Of a stretch of DNA of 22,183 nucleotides, positions 1 through 8,839 are shown piece by piece. Made by a program: the position numbers and the translations under genes. The stretch covers positions 65,939 to 88,121 of the forward strand of contig JBHLLU010000004.1 of the NCBI GenBank assembly GCA_048938895.1. Direction: 5' to 3'. Below the pieces are notes generated by a model. It worked only from the letters and a program-made list of their open reading frames with translations. It ran no database searches and had not been told where the DNA came from. Every line of letters begins with the position of its first letter. Position 1 is the stretch's first letter. The stretch is from Promethearchaeota archaeon. GTDB taxonomy: Archaea > Asgardarchaeota > Lokiarchaeia > Sigyniarchaeales > SOKP01.

Positions 1-1
1 A

Positions 2-187
2 CATTATTTTTCTGATGCATCGAACATGACAACAGAGGATCGAATAAAAAAAATTGGATTTTTCATTGTAGAGAGATTAGGTTTTTATCTCAAAAGGCTT
101 GTAATGACTGAAGAGGAAAAACAAAACATTGATACTGCTTTGAAAGATGGTCTAGAATATTATAAAAACCATTTTTCTAAAAGGTAA
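2..187 (+). CDS. 3' end of a hypothetical protein, truncated by the window edge
   Basis: Frame 2 is open from the window start: HYFSDASNMTTEDRIKKIGFFIVERLGFYLKRLVMTEEEKQNIDTALKDGLEYYKNHFSKR, TAA at 185-187, followed by a T8 tract at 206-213. Not in the ORF track. Confidence 0.7.
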   Translation, partial: HYFSDASNMTTEDRIKKIGFFIVERLGFYLKRLVMTEEEKQNIDTALKDGLEYYKNHFSKR

Positions 188-328
188 AACATCTAGTAAT
201 AAACCTTTTTTTTACATTTTCAAAAGGTATCCTGGTTAGATCATAGTAATATGATACAAGAAGTTGTTTTAAAAGAGTTGTTTGGGGACGAATTTTCATA
301 GTTAAAATTTAAGCTTTATTCAATTAGA

Positions 329-871
329 TTATCTATTTCCATTTAACCAGTCTTCATACAGAATGCTCATTAAAAATATATCGTGATATTTTCCATTCTT
401 GAACTGTGCCTGTCTCAGCCTTCCTTCTTTGATGAATCCAACTTTTATATATGAATTGATAGCTCTTTCATTAAAATCAAACACACGTAAATAAATACGA
501 TTTAGGTTCACTTCTTCGAATCCATATTTAACTAATTGCACCATAGCTTCAGTACCATAACCCTTTCCATGGTATTCCTTTTCCCCAATCATTATTCCAA
601 CTTCACAACTTCGATTTTTCCAATCGATATCATGCAACCCACAATTTCCAATATGTTTTTCTTTCCCATTCTCATCGAAAATAGAGATCGCAAACAAGAT
701 TGTATCATCTCGATTCTTTAGGTTTTCAATCCAATCTTCTTCCTTCATACGAGTAAGTGGGATATATCTGGATATATAATGCATAATCTCTGGATCATTT
801 AACCACTTGAGAAAAGAATCAATATACTCTCGTTTGATTGGACCAAGTATTATTCTTTCGCCTTTTAACAT
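329..871 (-). CDS. GNAT family N-acetyltransferase (RimJ/RimL/SpeG-like)
   Basis: Acetyl-CoA motif YHGKGYGTEA, IGNCGLHDIDWKNRSCEVGIMIG, LNRIYLRVFDFNERAI..Y.KVGF..EGRLR and GKYHD, all typical of the Acetyltransf_3 group. Confidence 0.93.
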   Translation of the reverse strand: MLKGERIILGPIKREYIDSFLKWLNDPEIMHYISRYIPLTRMKEEDWIENLKNRDDTILFAISIFDENGKEKHIGNCGLHDIDWKNRSCEVGIMIGEKEYHGKGYGTEAMVQLVKYGFEEVNLNRIYLRVFDFNERAINSYIKVGFIKEGRLRQAQFKNGKYHDIFLMSILYEDWLNGNR

Positions 872-948
872 AAATGAAAAAATCGGTGTTTCTATAAAAA
901 ATTATTTAGGAAAAATCAAAAAATAAAAAGAAATAAAAAAATGATGTT

Positions 949-3846
949 TCAGAATGTAATTCCATAACTACGAGCAAAGTATTTTACGATTTCAAATGAA
1001 AAGATACAAATCAAGGAAATCATGAAGCATATTAACCAATCTAAACCTGTTAAATACATAAACATAAAATTAATTCCTGCTTCTGCCAGAGCAACTTGAA
1101 CTCCAGGAATATACATCAACATAATAAAGAGTGCAAATAAGAGTCCGATTATAAGATACATTCTTTTATTACTATCTTCTATTAGACTTCTCACTAATGA
1201 TTTATTTGGACGTCTTATCTGGAAAATTAAGAATGATTCGCAAAAAAATAATGTAACCATTAGCATAGTCAACGTTTTTGCTTCAGTTAGTCCTATTCCA
1301 AATGGATTTAAATTTGGATCGGAAAATGTATCTGATGTGTATAGATAGGAATTATTCCAACTCCCAAACTCTAAATTTTCTGTAAAAATAGGGTAAATAC
1401 CACTATAAGTCAACCAATATACTAAAATCATACTTATTGCGAGTAATAATCCAAAGATGAAGAGCAGAATAATGATATTTTTTGATAGAATTTCCTCAGA
1501 ATCTCTAGGCTTCTCCTTCATCACATCCTCTGATGTTGAGTCAAAGGTAAGGATTAAACCTGGAAACATATGTAATGTTATCGAAAGGAAAACCCATTGA
1601 TAATAAAATGCTTCTCCTAAGAAATATGGTAAATCTAATATAATTGCTAATAAAAATTGAATAATTCCTTCAAATACATTAATACAGATATAGAAGAAGA
1701 CCACTGCGCGTATCCGTGCAAATATACCTCGTCCATGATGAATCCCAGTTACAATTGAATTAAATGAATCATCTGAAATTACCATATCTGAAGCCTCTTT
1801 TGCCACATCTGTTCCAGTGATCCCCATTGCTATCCCCGCATCGGCCATATTTAGCGCTAATGCATCATTTACCCCGTCTCCGGTCATGGCAACCACTTTT
1901 TTCTGTTCTTGGTATTTTTCAACAATAGTCTCCTTATGTTCAGGAGACACTCGAGCAAATACTTTTATATTCGAAAAATCTTCATAAGTTTCTATGTTAG
2001 TAACATCCTTCCCTTCCGCTACAATATCACTATCTTTAGTCACAATGGATATTTGTGAAGCAATTGCTCTTGCAGTAGCGGGAGAATCTCCTGTAATCAT
2101 AACTACATCTACTCCTGCTTCATGGCATTGCTCCACTGAATTCTTCACACCGTCTCGAGGAGGATCCAATATTGTAACAAAACCAATAAATACTAAATCT
2201 GATTCACTAATACTTCTTCCTTCCTCGCCTTCAGGAGGGATATCGTTCATTTCTTTATAACATAAACTTAATATTCGATATCCTTGCTTTGCATAAAGGT
2301 TTACTATTTCCATTACTTTATCCTTAATTTCAGGATTTAGCTCAATTTCTTTATCTTGATATATGATCTTTTTACATAAAGGTAATAATACCTCACTTGC
2401 ACCCTTAGTAAAAGATAAATACACATGATCTCGCTTGTAGAGTTTTGTCATTCTTTTTACAGATGAATCAAAAGGATATTCCGTTATAGATTCATACTCA
2501 TCAAGAAGATAATCACCCATTCCCTTTTGAAACAGTACCATCAATGCACCCTCTGTAGGTGATCCAATAACGTCCCAATTATAGTGTGTTTTTCCACTAA
2601 TCTGAAGTTCATTTTTAACAAGAGCAGAATTATTATTTAGAAATCCAGAAGTCAATAATAATTTAAGGTAAGGATACTCATCAATATGTTTCACATAGGT
2701 TGGATTCTTAGGATCATCCATTAAAACGATGTCTCCTTCAGGAGAATAACCACTTCCAGTAATTCTAAAAATAGATCCATTTGTCCATACATGCTGGACT
2801 GACATTTGGTTTTTAGTTAATGTTCCTGTTTTATCAGAGCAAACAACACTTACTCGACCTAAACTGTCTACCGAAGCAAGATTTCTTATAATCACCCCAT
2901 GATGAGCCATAGCGAGAACTCCGGTAATTAAAACAATAGTCACAAGTAATGGAATATTAATTGGCATTAAATCCAATGCAGAATTTAAACTGGCAACAAT
3001 TTCAAGCCTTCTAAACCCACTCGCTATCCAAATTATCATTAAGGTAATAAACCAGAAGATAAACACGGCTAAGCCCAACCATTTACCAAAATTATTCATT
3101 TTTTTCCTGATTGGGATTTCGCTTGTTCCAGCTTCTTCCAAACCATGGGAAATTTTACCGATTTCAGTACCTCCTCCAGTTTTGACAACAATTGATTTTC
3201 CAGTACCCGTTGTAACATAAGTTCCATAGAATACCATATTAGTGCGTTCACCTATAGAAATATTTTTATTCTTTAATGCAATCCCTTTCTCTGCTTTTCT
3301 AACTGGTTCAGATTCTCCCGTCAAAGAAGCCTCATTAACCACAAGGTTAAAAGACTCAATTATTCTAGCATCTGCTGGAACCTTGTCCCCTTGTTCAAGA
3401 ATTAATAAATCTCCATTCACAATTTCTTTTGTAGGAACTTCAGTCTTTTGTCCCTCTCTAATAATAGTCGAAGTTGGGGCAGTGAGTTCACGTAAAGCCT
3501 TTAGTTTTTTAGTAGCACGATATTGTTGAATAATTGCTACTAAGCAATTTATAAAAACAATTCCGAGTGTCAATGATATAAAAGTTAGATTGCCCTCACC
3601 ACCAAAAAGCCAGGCTAAAAATAATATCATAGCACCAATAAGGTATATAACGATTAACCAATTAAACAATGGTGCTAGATATATTTTAATAAATCCTTTT
3701 GATACTTTAGGAATTTCATTTAAACCAAATTCCATCAAACGATTAGAAGCTTCCTTTTGACTTAAACCATTAACAGGATCAGTTTGAAGTTTCTTATAGA
3801 TATGGTCTAATTCAAGGTTATAAAAATTTTCTTCTGTAGATTCCAT
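949..3846 (-). CDS. P-type ATPase, type II (P2A-like) scaffold with atypical transport site, copy 1
   Basis: LTGES (A domain), CSDKTGTLT (phosphorylation site), KGA (N domain), DPPR, MITGD, FARVSP, MTGDGVND and about 10 hydrophobic segments. M4 reads PINIP rather than PEGLP. Confidence 0.96.
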   Translation of the reverse strand: MESTEENFYNLELDHIYKKLQTDPVNGLSQKEASNRLMEFGLNEIPKVSKGFIKIYLAPLFNWLIVIYLIGAMILFLAWLFGGEGNLTFISLTLGIVFINCLVAIIQQYRATKKLKALRELTAPTSTIIREGQKTEVPTKEIVNGDLLILEQGDKVPADARIIESFNLVVNEASLTGESEPVRKAEKGIALKNKNISIGERTNMVFYGTYVTTGTGKSIVVKTGGGTEIGKISHGLEEAGTSEIPIRKKMNNFGKWLGLAVFIFWFITLMIIWIASGFRRLEIVASLNSALDLMPINIPLLVTIVLITGVLAMAHHGVIIRNLASVDSLGRVSVVCSDKTGTLTKNQMSVQHVWTNGSIFRITGSGYSPEGDIVLMDDPKNPTYVKHIDEYPYLKLLLTSGFLNNNSALVKNELQISGKTHYNWDVIGSPTEGALMVLFQKGMGDYLLDEYESITEYPFDSSVKRMTKLYKRDHVYLSFTKGASEVLLPLCKKIIYQDKEIELNPEIKDKVMEIVNLYAKQGYRILSLCYKEMNDIPPEGEEGRSISESDLVFIGFVTILDPPRDGVKNSVEQCHEAGVDVVMITGDSPATARAIASQISIVTKDSDIVAEGKDVTNIETYEDFSNIKVFARVSPEHKETIVEKYQEQKKVVAMTGDGVNDALALNMADAGIAMGITGTDVAKEASDMVISDDSFNSIVTGIHHGRGIFARIRAVVFFYICINVFEGIIQFLLAIILDLPYFLGEAFYYQWVFLSITLHMFPGLILTFDSTSEDVMKEKPRDSEEILSKNIIILLFIFGLLLAISMILVYWLTYSGIYPIFTENLEFGSWNNSYLYTSDTFSDPNLNPFGIGLTEAKTLTMLMVTLFFCESFLIFQIRRPNKSLVRSLIEDSNKRMYLIIGLLFALFIMLMYIPGVQVALAEAGINFMFMYLTGLDWLICFMISLICIFSFEIVKYFARSYGITF

Positions 3847-3968
3847 AACGAGTCTACCAATGTTAATATTATATTTTAGAGATAATTAAATTCAAAATAC
3901 ATTCAATATAATAAATATCGTATAATAATCATGCCTTTTAATATTACTTTTTTTTGAAAAATAACCAT

Positions 3969-4181
3969 TTATTCCCAATTTTGCTTAAGTTCTTTTTTGA
4001 TAATTTTGGATACGTTATCAACTGAGAATAGGATGAAATTGCAGCATTTGGTTTCCAAAGCTTTTGTTTTAACATATTGCTTTAAATCAATATTTAAGTC
4101 GAACCCGTAGAGTTCATCACATATTACTGAACCTAATTTTTCTTCAAATTTTTTAGCGGTAATGATTGTAATTTTAGAATA
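3969..4181 (-). pseudogene. Start-less 70-codon fragment resembling the C-terminal half of a C_GCAxxG_C_C family redox-active protein
   Basis: Manual translation: YSKITIITAKKFEEKLGSVICDELYGFDLNIDLKQYVKTKALETKCCNFILFSVDNVSKIIKKELKQNWE*. The pattern F.E..GS..C.EL.G.DL...C matches my recollection of that family's C-terminus. No ATG in frame. Confidence 0.6.
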
Positions 4182-7049
4182 TTAAAAGAAAATATTCTTT
4201 TTCCGGGCTATGCTTTTATAAATTTCAATCCCAAATATACCAGGTAGGGCAAAGAATATACAGATTAACCAGTCTGTTCCGCTTAGAAAGATAAAATTTA
4301 TTTGTAAATCCAAACCAAAAACATCATTTATATAATAATTCACAGAATAAGAAAAACAGATATAGAGGATATGCAAGCATAATGTAAACAGACAAATTAC
4401 TAATAAAGTGATATTTAATTCTTCTTTCAAACTTTTATAAAGCGATGAATTTGGTCTTCTAAAGGTCCAAATAAAATTAGTTTCCATAATGTATAGGGTT
4501 GTTATGAACATTGTTCGTGCTTTTTGAGCAACCAATTCAGAATTGGAAGAGAGAGGATTTATATAGCTGATGTGTGGGTTAAAATTCCATTCATTCAACG
4601 GAGCTAAACCTCCTAATGTCAATTGCAAAACTAATACAAGTCCTAAACCCATAAGAAACGCTTGAATTAATAGCATTATCCACATATTTTTGTTTAATAT
4701 TTGTTCTTCATCTCTAGGTGCTTCAAGCATAATATTTTTTGGATGGGAATCGATTACTAGTGCTAATGAGGGAAATGAGTGTACAATGCCAAAAACATAG
4801 ATATGCTGCCATTCAGAGCTAACTAGATCAAATGCAGGTATAAATTCATAAGCGAAAAAAATTGTTGCTTCCATAATATTTAAACATATGAAGAAATAAA
4901 TAATTGTTCTAATTTTGGCAAAAAGACCTCGACCAATACGCACTCCTCTCTCTATTGATGTAAAATTGTCATCTGAAATAACCATATCCGCTGTTTCTTT
5001 CGCTACATCTGTTCCTGTTATCCCCATAGCTATACCTGCATTGGCTAATTTGAGGGCAAGCGAATCATTAATCCCATCCCCGGTCATAGCAACAATGCGA
5101 TCTTCTTGCTGGTAATTTCTAACAATTATCTCTTTATCAGATGGTTCTACTCGTGCAAATACAGATGCTTTTTTGAATTCTTCTTCATCAGTATCTTTTA
5201 TTTCTTTGCCGTTGATAATGCTATCTCCTTCATTATAAATACCCATTTGAGAAGCAATGGTTTTTGCCGTAGCGGGATGGTCCCCAGTTATCATTATAAC
5301 TTTTATACCACCTAATTGACATTCTTCTATTGCTTGCTTCACCCCGATCCGGGGAGGGTCCATGATTGATACAAAACCTAAAAATATCAAATTATTTTCA
5401 ACTTCCTCTCGATTTAAATCGTCAATTTTGGAAAATTTTTTATATGCAATAGCTAACATCCTGTATCCTTGCCCTGCTTGCTCATTTACTTTTTCCATCA
5501 AATAGTTTTTAAGGTTGTCATCAAATTCCTTAACATTTCCATTGCTTTCAAGCATGATGGAAATATCCATTATTCTTTCAGGAGCACCTTTAGAAAAAAT
5601 AAAGGCATTCTTATTCTCATTATTTTGCAGATAAACTGAGCTCATGCGCTTCAATTCAGAACTAAATGAATATTCTTTAACTAATTGGTATCCTCTCCGT
5701 ACATCATAAGGAAGATATCCTGCTTTTTCAGATAATACTAATAATGCTGCTTCTGTGGGTGAGCCCAATGCTCGTCTTACTGCCATCTCTTTTTTTTGTC
5801 CTACTCTTACTTTAACATCTTCAAAGATTAACCGAGAGTTATTATTTAAAACCATTGATTCAATAAACATTCCAAAAGTTTCATTATCCTTCAGATCTAC
5901 TAGTTTTCCATTCTTAGAGATCTTTCCTTCAGAATCATAACCAGAACCAGAAACATCAAACTCCTCATTATTGATCCAGAATTTTTCAACGGTCATTTCG
6001 TTTTTAGTAATTGTACCTGTTTTATCCGAACAAATTATAGAAACTCGTCCTAAAGATTCAATTGCAGATAAATTCTTTATAATTACTCCACTTTGGGCCA
6101 TATTTAACACACCTGTGATTAAAACTAAGGTTGTTAACAGGGGTAAATTTATAGGTAGGATATTTGTAGCCCTTAAAATCGACCTTACTAAGGCACTACT
6201 TACCTCTGATGAAACAAAATTCCCCTCAGAAGCAAGAGTTACTAATTTATAGAAAATAAGCATGTATAAGTTGATAAGAACAATTGTCCCAAGTATATAT
6301 CCTAACCGGTTAAGCTTTCGAGTTAAAGGTATATCTTCAATACTTCCCATCTCGTTTAACGTAGTGGATATCTCACCTATTTTAGTATCTATACCTGTTC
6401 CTGTTATTAAAACTTTAGATCTTCCTGTATTAACATATGTTCCCATAAAGACCATATTTGACTGTTTTTGAATAGGTACATCAAGTTCTTCTAATGTCTC
6501 ATTTCTTTTTTCAACAGGTTCACTTTCTCCTGTTAAAGGTGCCTCGTCTACGGTAAAATTAATATCATTGATGATTCGACCATCAGCAGGGATTTTATCT
6601 CCTTGCTCTAATAAGATTATATCCCCTGGTACTAATTCTCGGTTTGGAATTTCCATTTGATTTCCATCTCTTACAACAGTAGCCTTTAAAGCCGAAATTT
6701 TCTTTAAAGATTCTAAAGCTTTTTGAGCTCTAAATTGTTGAATAATAACAGTCGCTGAATTTATTCCAAATACTGTGAAAGTAATGACTACTTCTCCAGG
6801 AGAGCCTAAAATAACAACTGCAATTCCGGTAATAAGAAGAATAACTATTAGAAAGTTAAAAACTGGAGCAAGATATATTTTCCAAATTGATTTTTTAATT
6901 TTCGGTAGTTCATTATAACCTGAAATTTGATATCTTTTTTCTAAATCGGATGATTTTATCCCTCGGTCTGGATCACTGTTAAATTGTCGTATTATATCGC
7001 TGATTGACTTGTTATAATAGATTTCACTTGAGTTTTTCTGGATTGACAT
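4182..7049 (-). CDS. P-type ATPase, type II (P2A-like) scaffold with atypical transport site, copy 2
   Basis: LTGES, CSDKTGTIT, KGAPE, DPPR, MITGDH, FARVEP, MTGDGIND. M4 reads PINLP. Collinear paralog of 949..3846. Confidence 0.96.
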   Translation of the reverse strand: MSIQKNSSEIYYNKSISDIIRQFNSDPDRGIKSSDLEKRYQISGYNELPKIKKSIWKIYLAPVFNFLIVILLITGIAVVILGSPGEVVITFTVFGINSATVIIQQFRAQKALESLKKISALKATVVRDGNQMEIPNRELVPGDIILLEQGDKIPADGRIINDINFTVDEAPLTGESEPVEKRNETLEELDVPIQKQSNMVFMGTYVNTGRSKVLITGTGIDTKIGEISTTLNEMGSIEDIPLTRKLNRLGYILGTIVLINLYMLIFYKLVTLASEGNFVSSEVSSALVRSILRATNILPINLPLLTTLVLITGVLNMAQSGVIIKNLSAIESLGRVSIICSDKTGTITKNEMTVEKFWINNEEFDVSGSGYDSEGKISKNGKLVDLKDNETFGMFIESMVLNNNSRLIFEDVKVRVGQKKEMAVRRALGSPTEAALLVLSEKAGYLPYDVRRGYQLVKEYSFSSELKRMSSVYLQNNENKNAFIFSKGAPERIMDISIMLESNGNVKEFDDNLKNYLMEKVNEQAGQGYRMLAIAYKKFSKIDDLNREEVENNLIFLGFVSIMDPPRIGVKQAIEECQLGGIKVIMITGDHPATAKTIASQMGIYNEGDSIINGKEIKDTDEEEFKKASVFARVEPSDKEIIVRNYQQEDRIVAMTGDGINDSLALKLANAGIAMGITGTDVAKETADMVISDDNFTSIERGVRIGRGLFAKIRTIIYFFICLNIMEATIFFAYEFIPAFDLVSSEWQHIYVFGIVHSFPSLALVIDSHPKNIMLEAPRDEEQILNKNMWIMLLIQAFLMGLGLVLVLQLTLGGLAPLNEWNFNPHISYINPLSSNSELVAQKARTMFITTLYIMETNFIWTFRRPNSSLYKSLKEELNITLLVICLFTLCLHILYICFSYSVNYYINDVFGLDLQINFIFLSGTDWLICIFFALPGIFGIEIYKSIARKKNIFF

Positions 7050-7075
7050 ATTAAATATGATAGGTTTGGCATTGA

Positions 7076-7084
7076 TATTTTAAA
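7076..7084 (-). promoter_or_regulatory. Candidate TATA box for ATPase copy 2 (short or no leader)
   Basis: Minus strand TTTAAAATA about 27-35 nt upstream of the ATG at 7049. The AT-rich background lowers specificity. Confidence 0.4.
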
Positions 7085-7157
7085 TAATAAATATAATAGA
7101 ATCTGAAGTTTTTAATGGTTTATGTTTTCAGAGATGTTATTAACAATATTGAAAGAA

Positions 7158-8099
7158 TTATAGTTTTAATTCTTGAGGATTTCCCAAGATATCTTTAAGT
7201 ACATGATATTTCTTTCTAATAGTAGTACTTGAAAATTTACTATATTTTTCAATAAGATTTTGGGTAAAAATCTTTCTATTCTCCAAAGATTGTCCTATGT
7301 AATATATTAATCCCGCAGTAAAGGCCTTATAATTTAAATTTTGAATTTGAGAATAGGGTACTATTTGGAGAATTTTATCAGCTAATAGCTGCATCTCAAT
7401 TTTAGTTTTTTCAAATTCTGATTTATTTGAAAAAAACTCTCTGATCTCTTCGAAGGGAATACTATTTATATCTTTTTGAAACACTATTTTAACTCTATTT
7501 TTGATATCTTTTTCTATGGCTGCAGCGTCTTTCCTTTTATCTAACATTTTTTCTGTTTTTTTAACTTTAACCATAGCGTTGGATAACATTTTTTTATTGA
7601 TCTTATGACCTAATTCCTTAGAAACATCAATGAATTCTTCAATTCGTACATTTGTTGTATCTTTTATTTCTAACCAAATGATTGCAAGAAAAATTATTAC
7701 CATATTTTGATAATTATGTCTATGGTATTTATTATAACGTAAATATCGGTTTTTAATTTCGCGATTTTTGACATTATCAATATTTAAACCAATACCATGT
7801 CCCTTTAGTAATTCTATCGTTTTCTTTTGTTCCGAAAAATCAGACTGGTAATCTCGAAACCATTTCTCAAGCGTTTGAATTCTCTCATATTTCTCACGAA
7901 TAATAGGATCTTGCAAAGCTTTTGAATCACTAACACGAATGCGTCGTTCATAGTCTCTTTGCGAGTCTGAATAAAATTCACCATATGATTCTATATCATT
8001 AGAAGCTAATTTTTCTTCTAAGATTAAACCACAATCTTGACAAATTAATTCGCCCCCTTCTTTTTTTACATTTAAATGAGGACACGATGAGCTTTCCAT
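7158..8099 (-). CDS. Divergent TFB/TFIIB-like protein (Zn ribbon plus cyclin-like repeats)
   Basis: N-terminal CPH-x11-CQDCG. C-terminal KAFTAGLIYYIG...TQNLIEKYSKFSSTTIRKKY aligns by eye with KGLAAACIYIAA...TQSKVADIAKITEVTLRSRA of the neighbouring TFB. ATG at 8099 preferred over the TTG at 8123. Confidence 0.75.
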   Translation of the reverse strand: MESSSCPHLNVKKEGGELICQDCGLILEEKLASNDIESYGEFYSDSQRDYERRIRVSDSKALQDPIIREKYERIQTLEKWFRDYQSDFSEQKKTIELLKGHGIGLNIDNVKNREIKNRYLRYNKYHRHNYQNMVIIFLAIIWLEIKDTTNVRIEEFIDVSKELGHKINKKMLSNAMVKVKKTEKMLDKRKDAAAIEKDIKNRVKIVFQKDINSIPFEEIREFFSNKSEFEKTKIEMQLLADKILQIVPYSQIQNLNYKAFTAGLIYYIGQSLENRKIFTQNLIEKYSKFSSTTIRKKYHVLKDILGNPQELKL

Positions 8100-8240
8100 A
8101 TTTTGATCTTTATTACTTCTCAAAAAAATATTATTTAATATCTAGTATTTATAGCAAATTTTTATAAATTTCAAAAACAATAATAAGTAAAAATATAATT
8201 GCATAAAAAATTTGTTCTTACATTTATAGTAAAAACTGAG

Positions 8241-8813
8241 ATGGTACATATGGAGCATAAAAAAGTTCTCGCATTTCTTAAAATTATTAGCTACATTATC
8301 ATAATTATCTCATACCTCGAAATTTGTTTTTTCTTTGCATTTCATTTTATAGAGTTTAAATATTTAGAGATAAATCCAATTCTTTTATCAGATTTTATGT
8401 ATGATTCCCCTTACATATCATTAACGGGAACAGTATTATGGATCTATTTAATAATTTCTATGCTTTGTTTTCTAGTATTGGGGTTTTTTATCTTTAAAAC
8501 GGTTAGATCCAATAAAATAGGAAGCAAATCACTAGCAAAACTAATGGTTGTAATAGGAATGGTTGTTTTAATCGGAGCACTTGTGAAAATGAATTTCTTA
8601 GTGCTTCTTGGTAAAACAAAGATTTCTACTCTTTATGGTTCAATACCATTTCAGACATCTTTATATAATTTTGATATTACTGCTTTCACACCAGCAGTAT
8701 TTTGGATTTATTTTATATCAGTTAATTGTGCTTTAATGATCTCAGGATTGGTGGTAACTGGTATAGGAATTAAGTTCTCACTGTTATTAGAAAATCCTGA
8801 ACCAGAAAAATAA
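8241..8813 (+). CDS. Hypothetical membrane protein, about 4 TM helices
   Basis: Four long hydrophobic segments with basic loops. ATG at 8241 or 8250 is more likely than the TTG at 8199. Confidence 0.8.
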   Translation: MVHMEHKKVLAFLKIISYIIIIISYLEICFFFAFHFIEFKYLEINPILLSDFMYDSPYISLTGTVLWIYLIISMLCFLVLGFFIFKTVRSNKIGSKSLAKLMVVIGMVVLIGALVKMNFLVLLGKTKISTLYGSIPFQTSLYNFDITAFTPAVFWIYFISVNCALMISGLVVTGIGIKFSLLLENPEPEK

Positions 8814-8830
8814 GAAAAATAAGAAAAAAA
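8804..8830 (-). terminator. T-rich tract downstream of tfb (AGAAAAATA x~3 on the + strand)
   Basis: Reads as repeated oligo-T runs on the minus strand just after the tfb stop. Archaeal intrinsic terminators are oligo-U tracts. Confidence 0.45.
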
Positions 8831-8839
8831 TGTTATAAA

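Noticed and set aside
203-301. Short + strand open frame TFFLHFQKVSWLDHSNMIQEVVLKELFGDEFS*
   Set aside because: Only 32 codons, no recognisable motif, and it begins in a terminator-like T tract. It could be a remnant but I cannot support that.
536-6471. Plus-strand ORFs at 536, 1994, 3242, 4915, 5106, 5755, 5971 and 6262
   Set aside because: Antisense shadows inside well-supported genes, with no motifs.
949-7049. Calling the pumps true P4-ATPases, or plain Ca2+-ATPases
   Set aside because: They keep TGES (P4 has DGET), an acidic M5 with no FYKN-type Lys, and P2A-like length, so they are not P4. The missing E309 and D800 equivalents argue against a routine Ca2+-pump label.
8804-8830. AGAAAAATA tandem repeat as a CRISPR or VNTR
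   Set aside because: Only about 3 low-complexity units with no spacers; better explained as a terminator tract.
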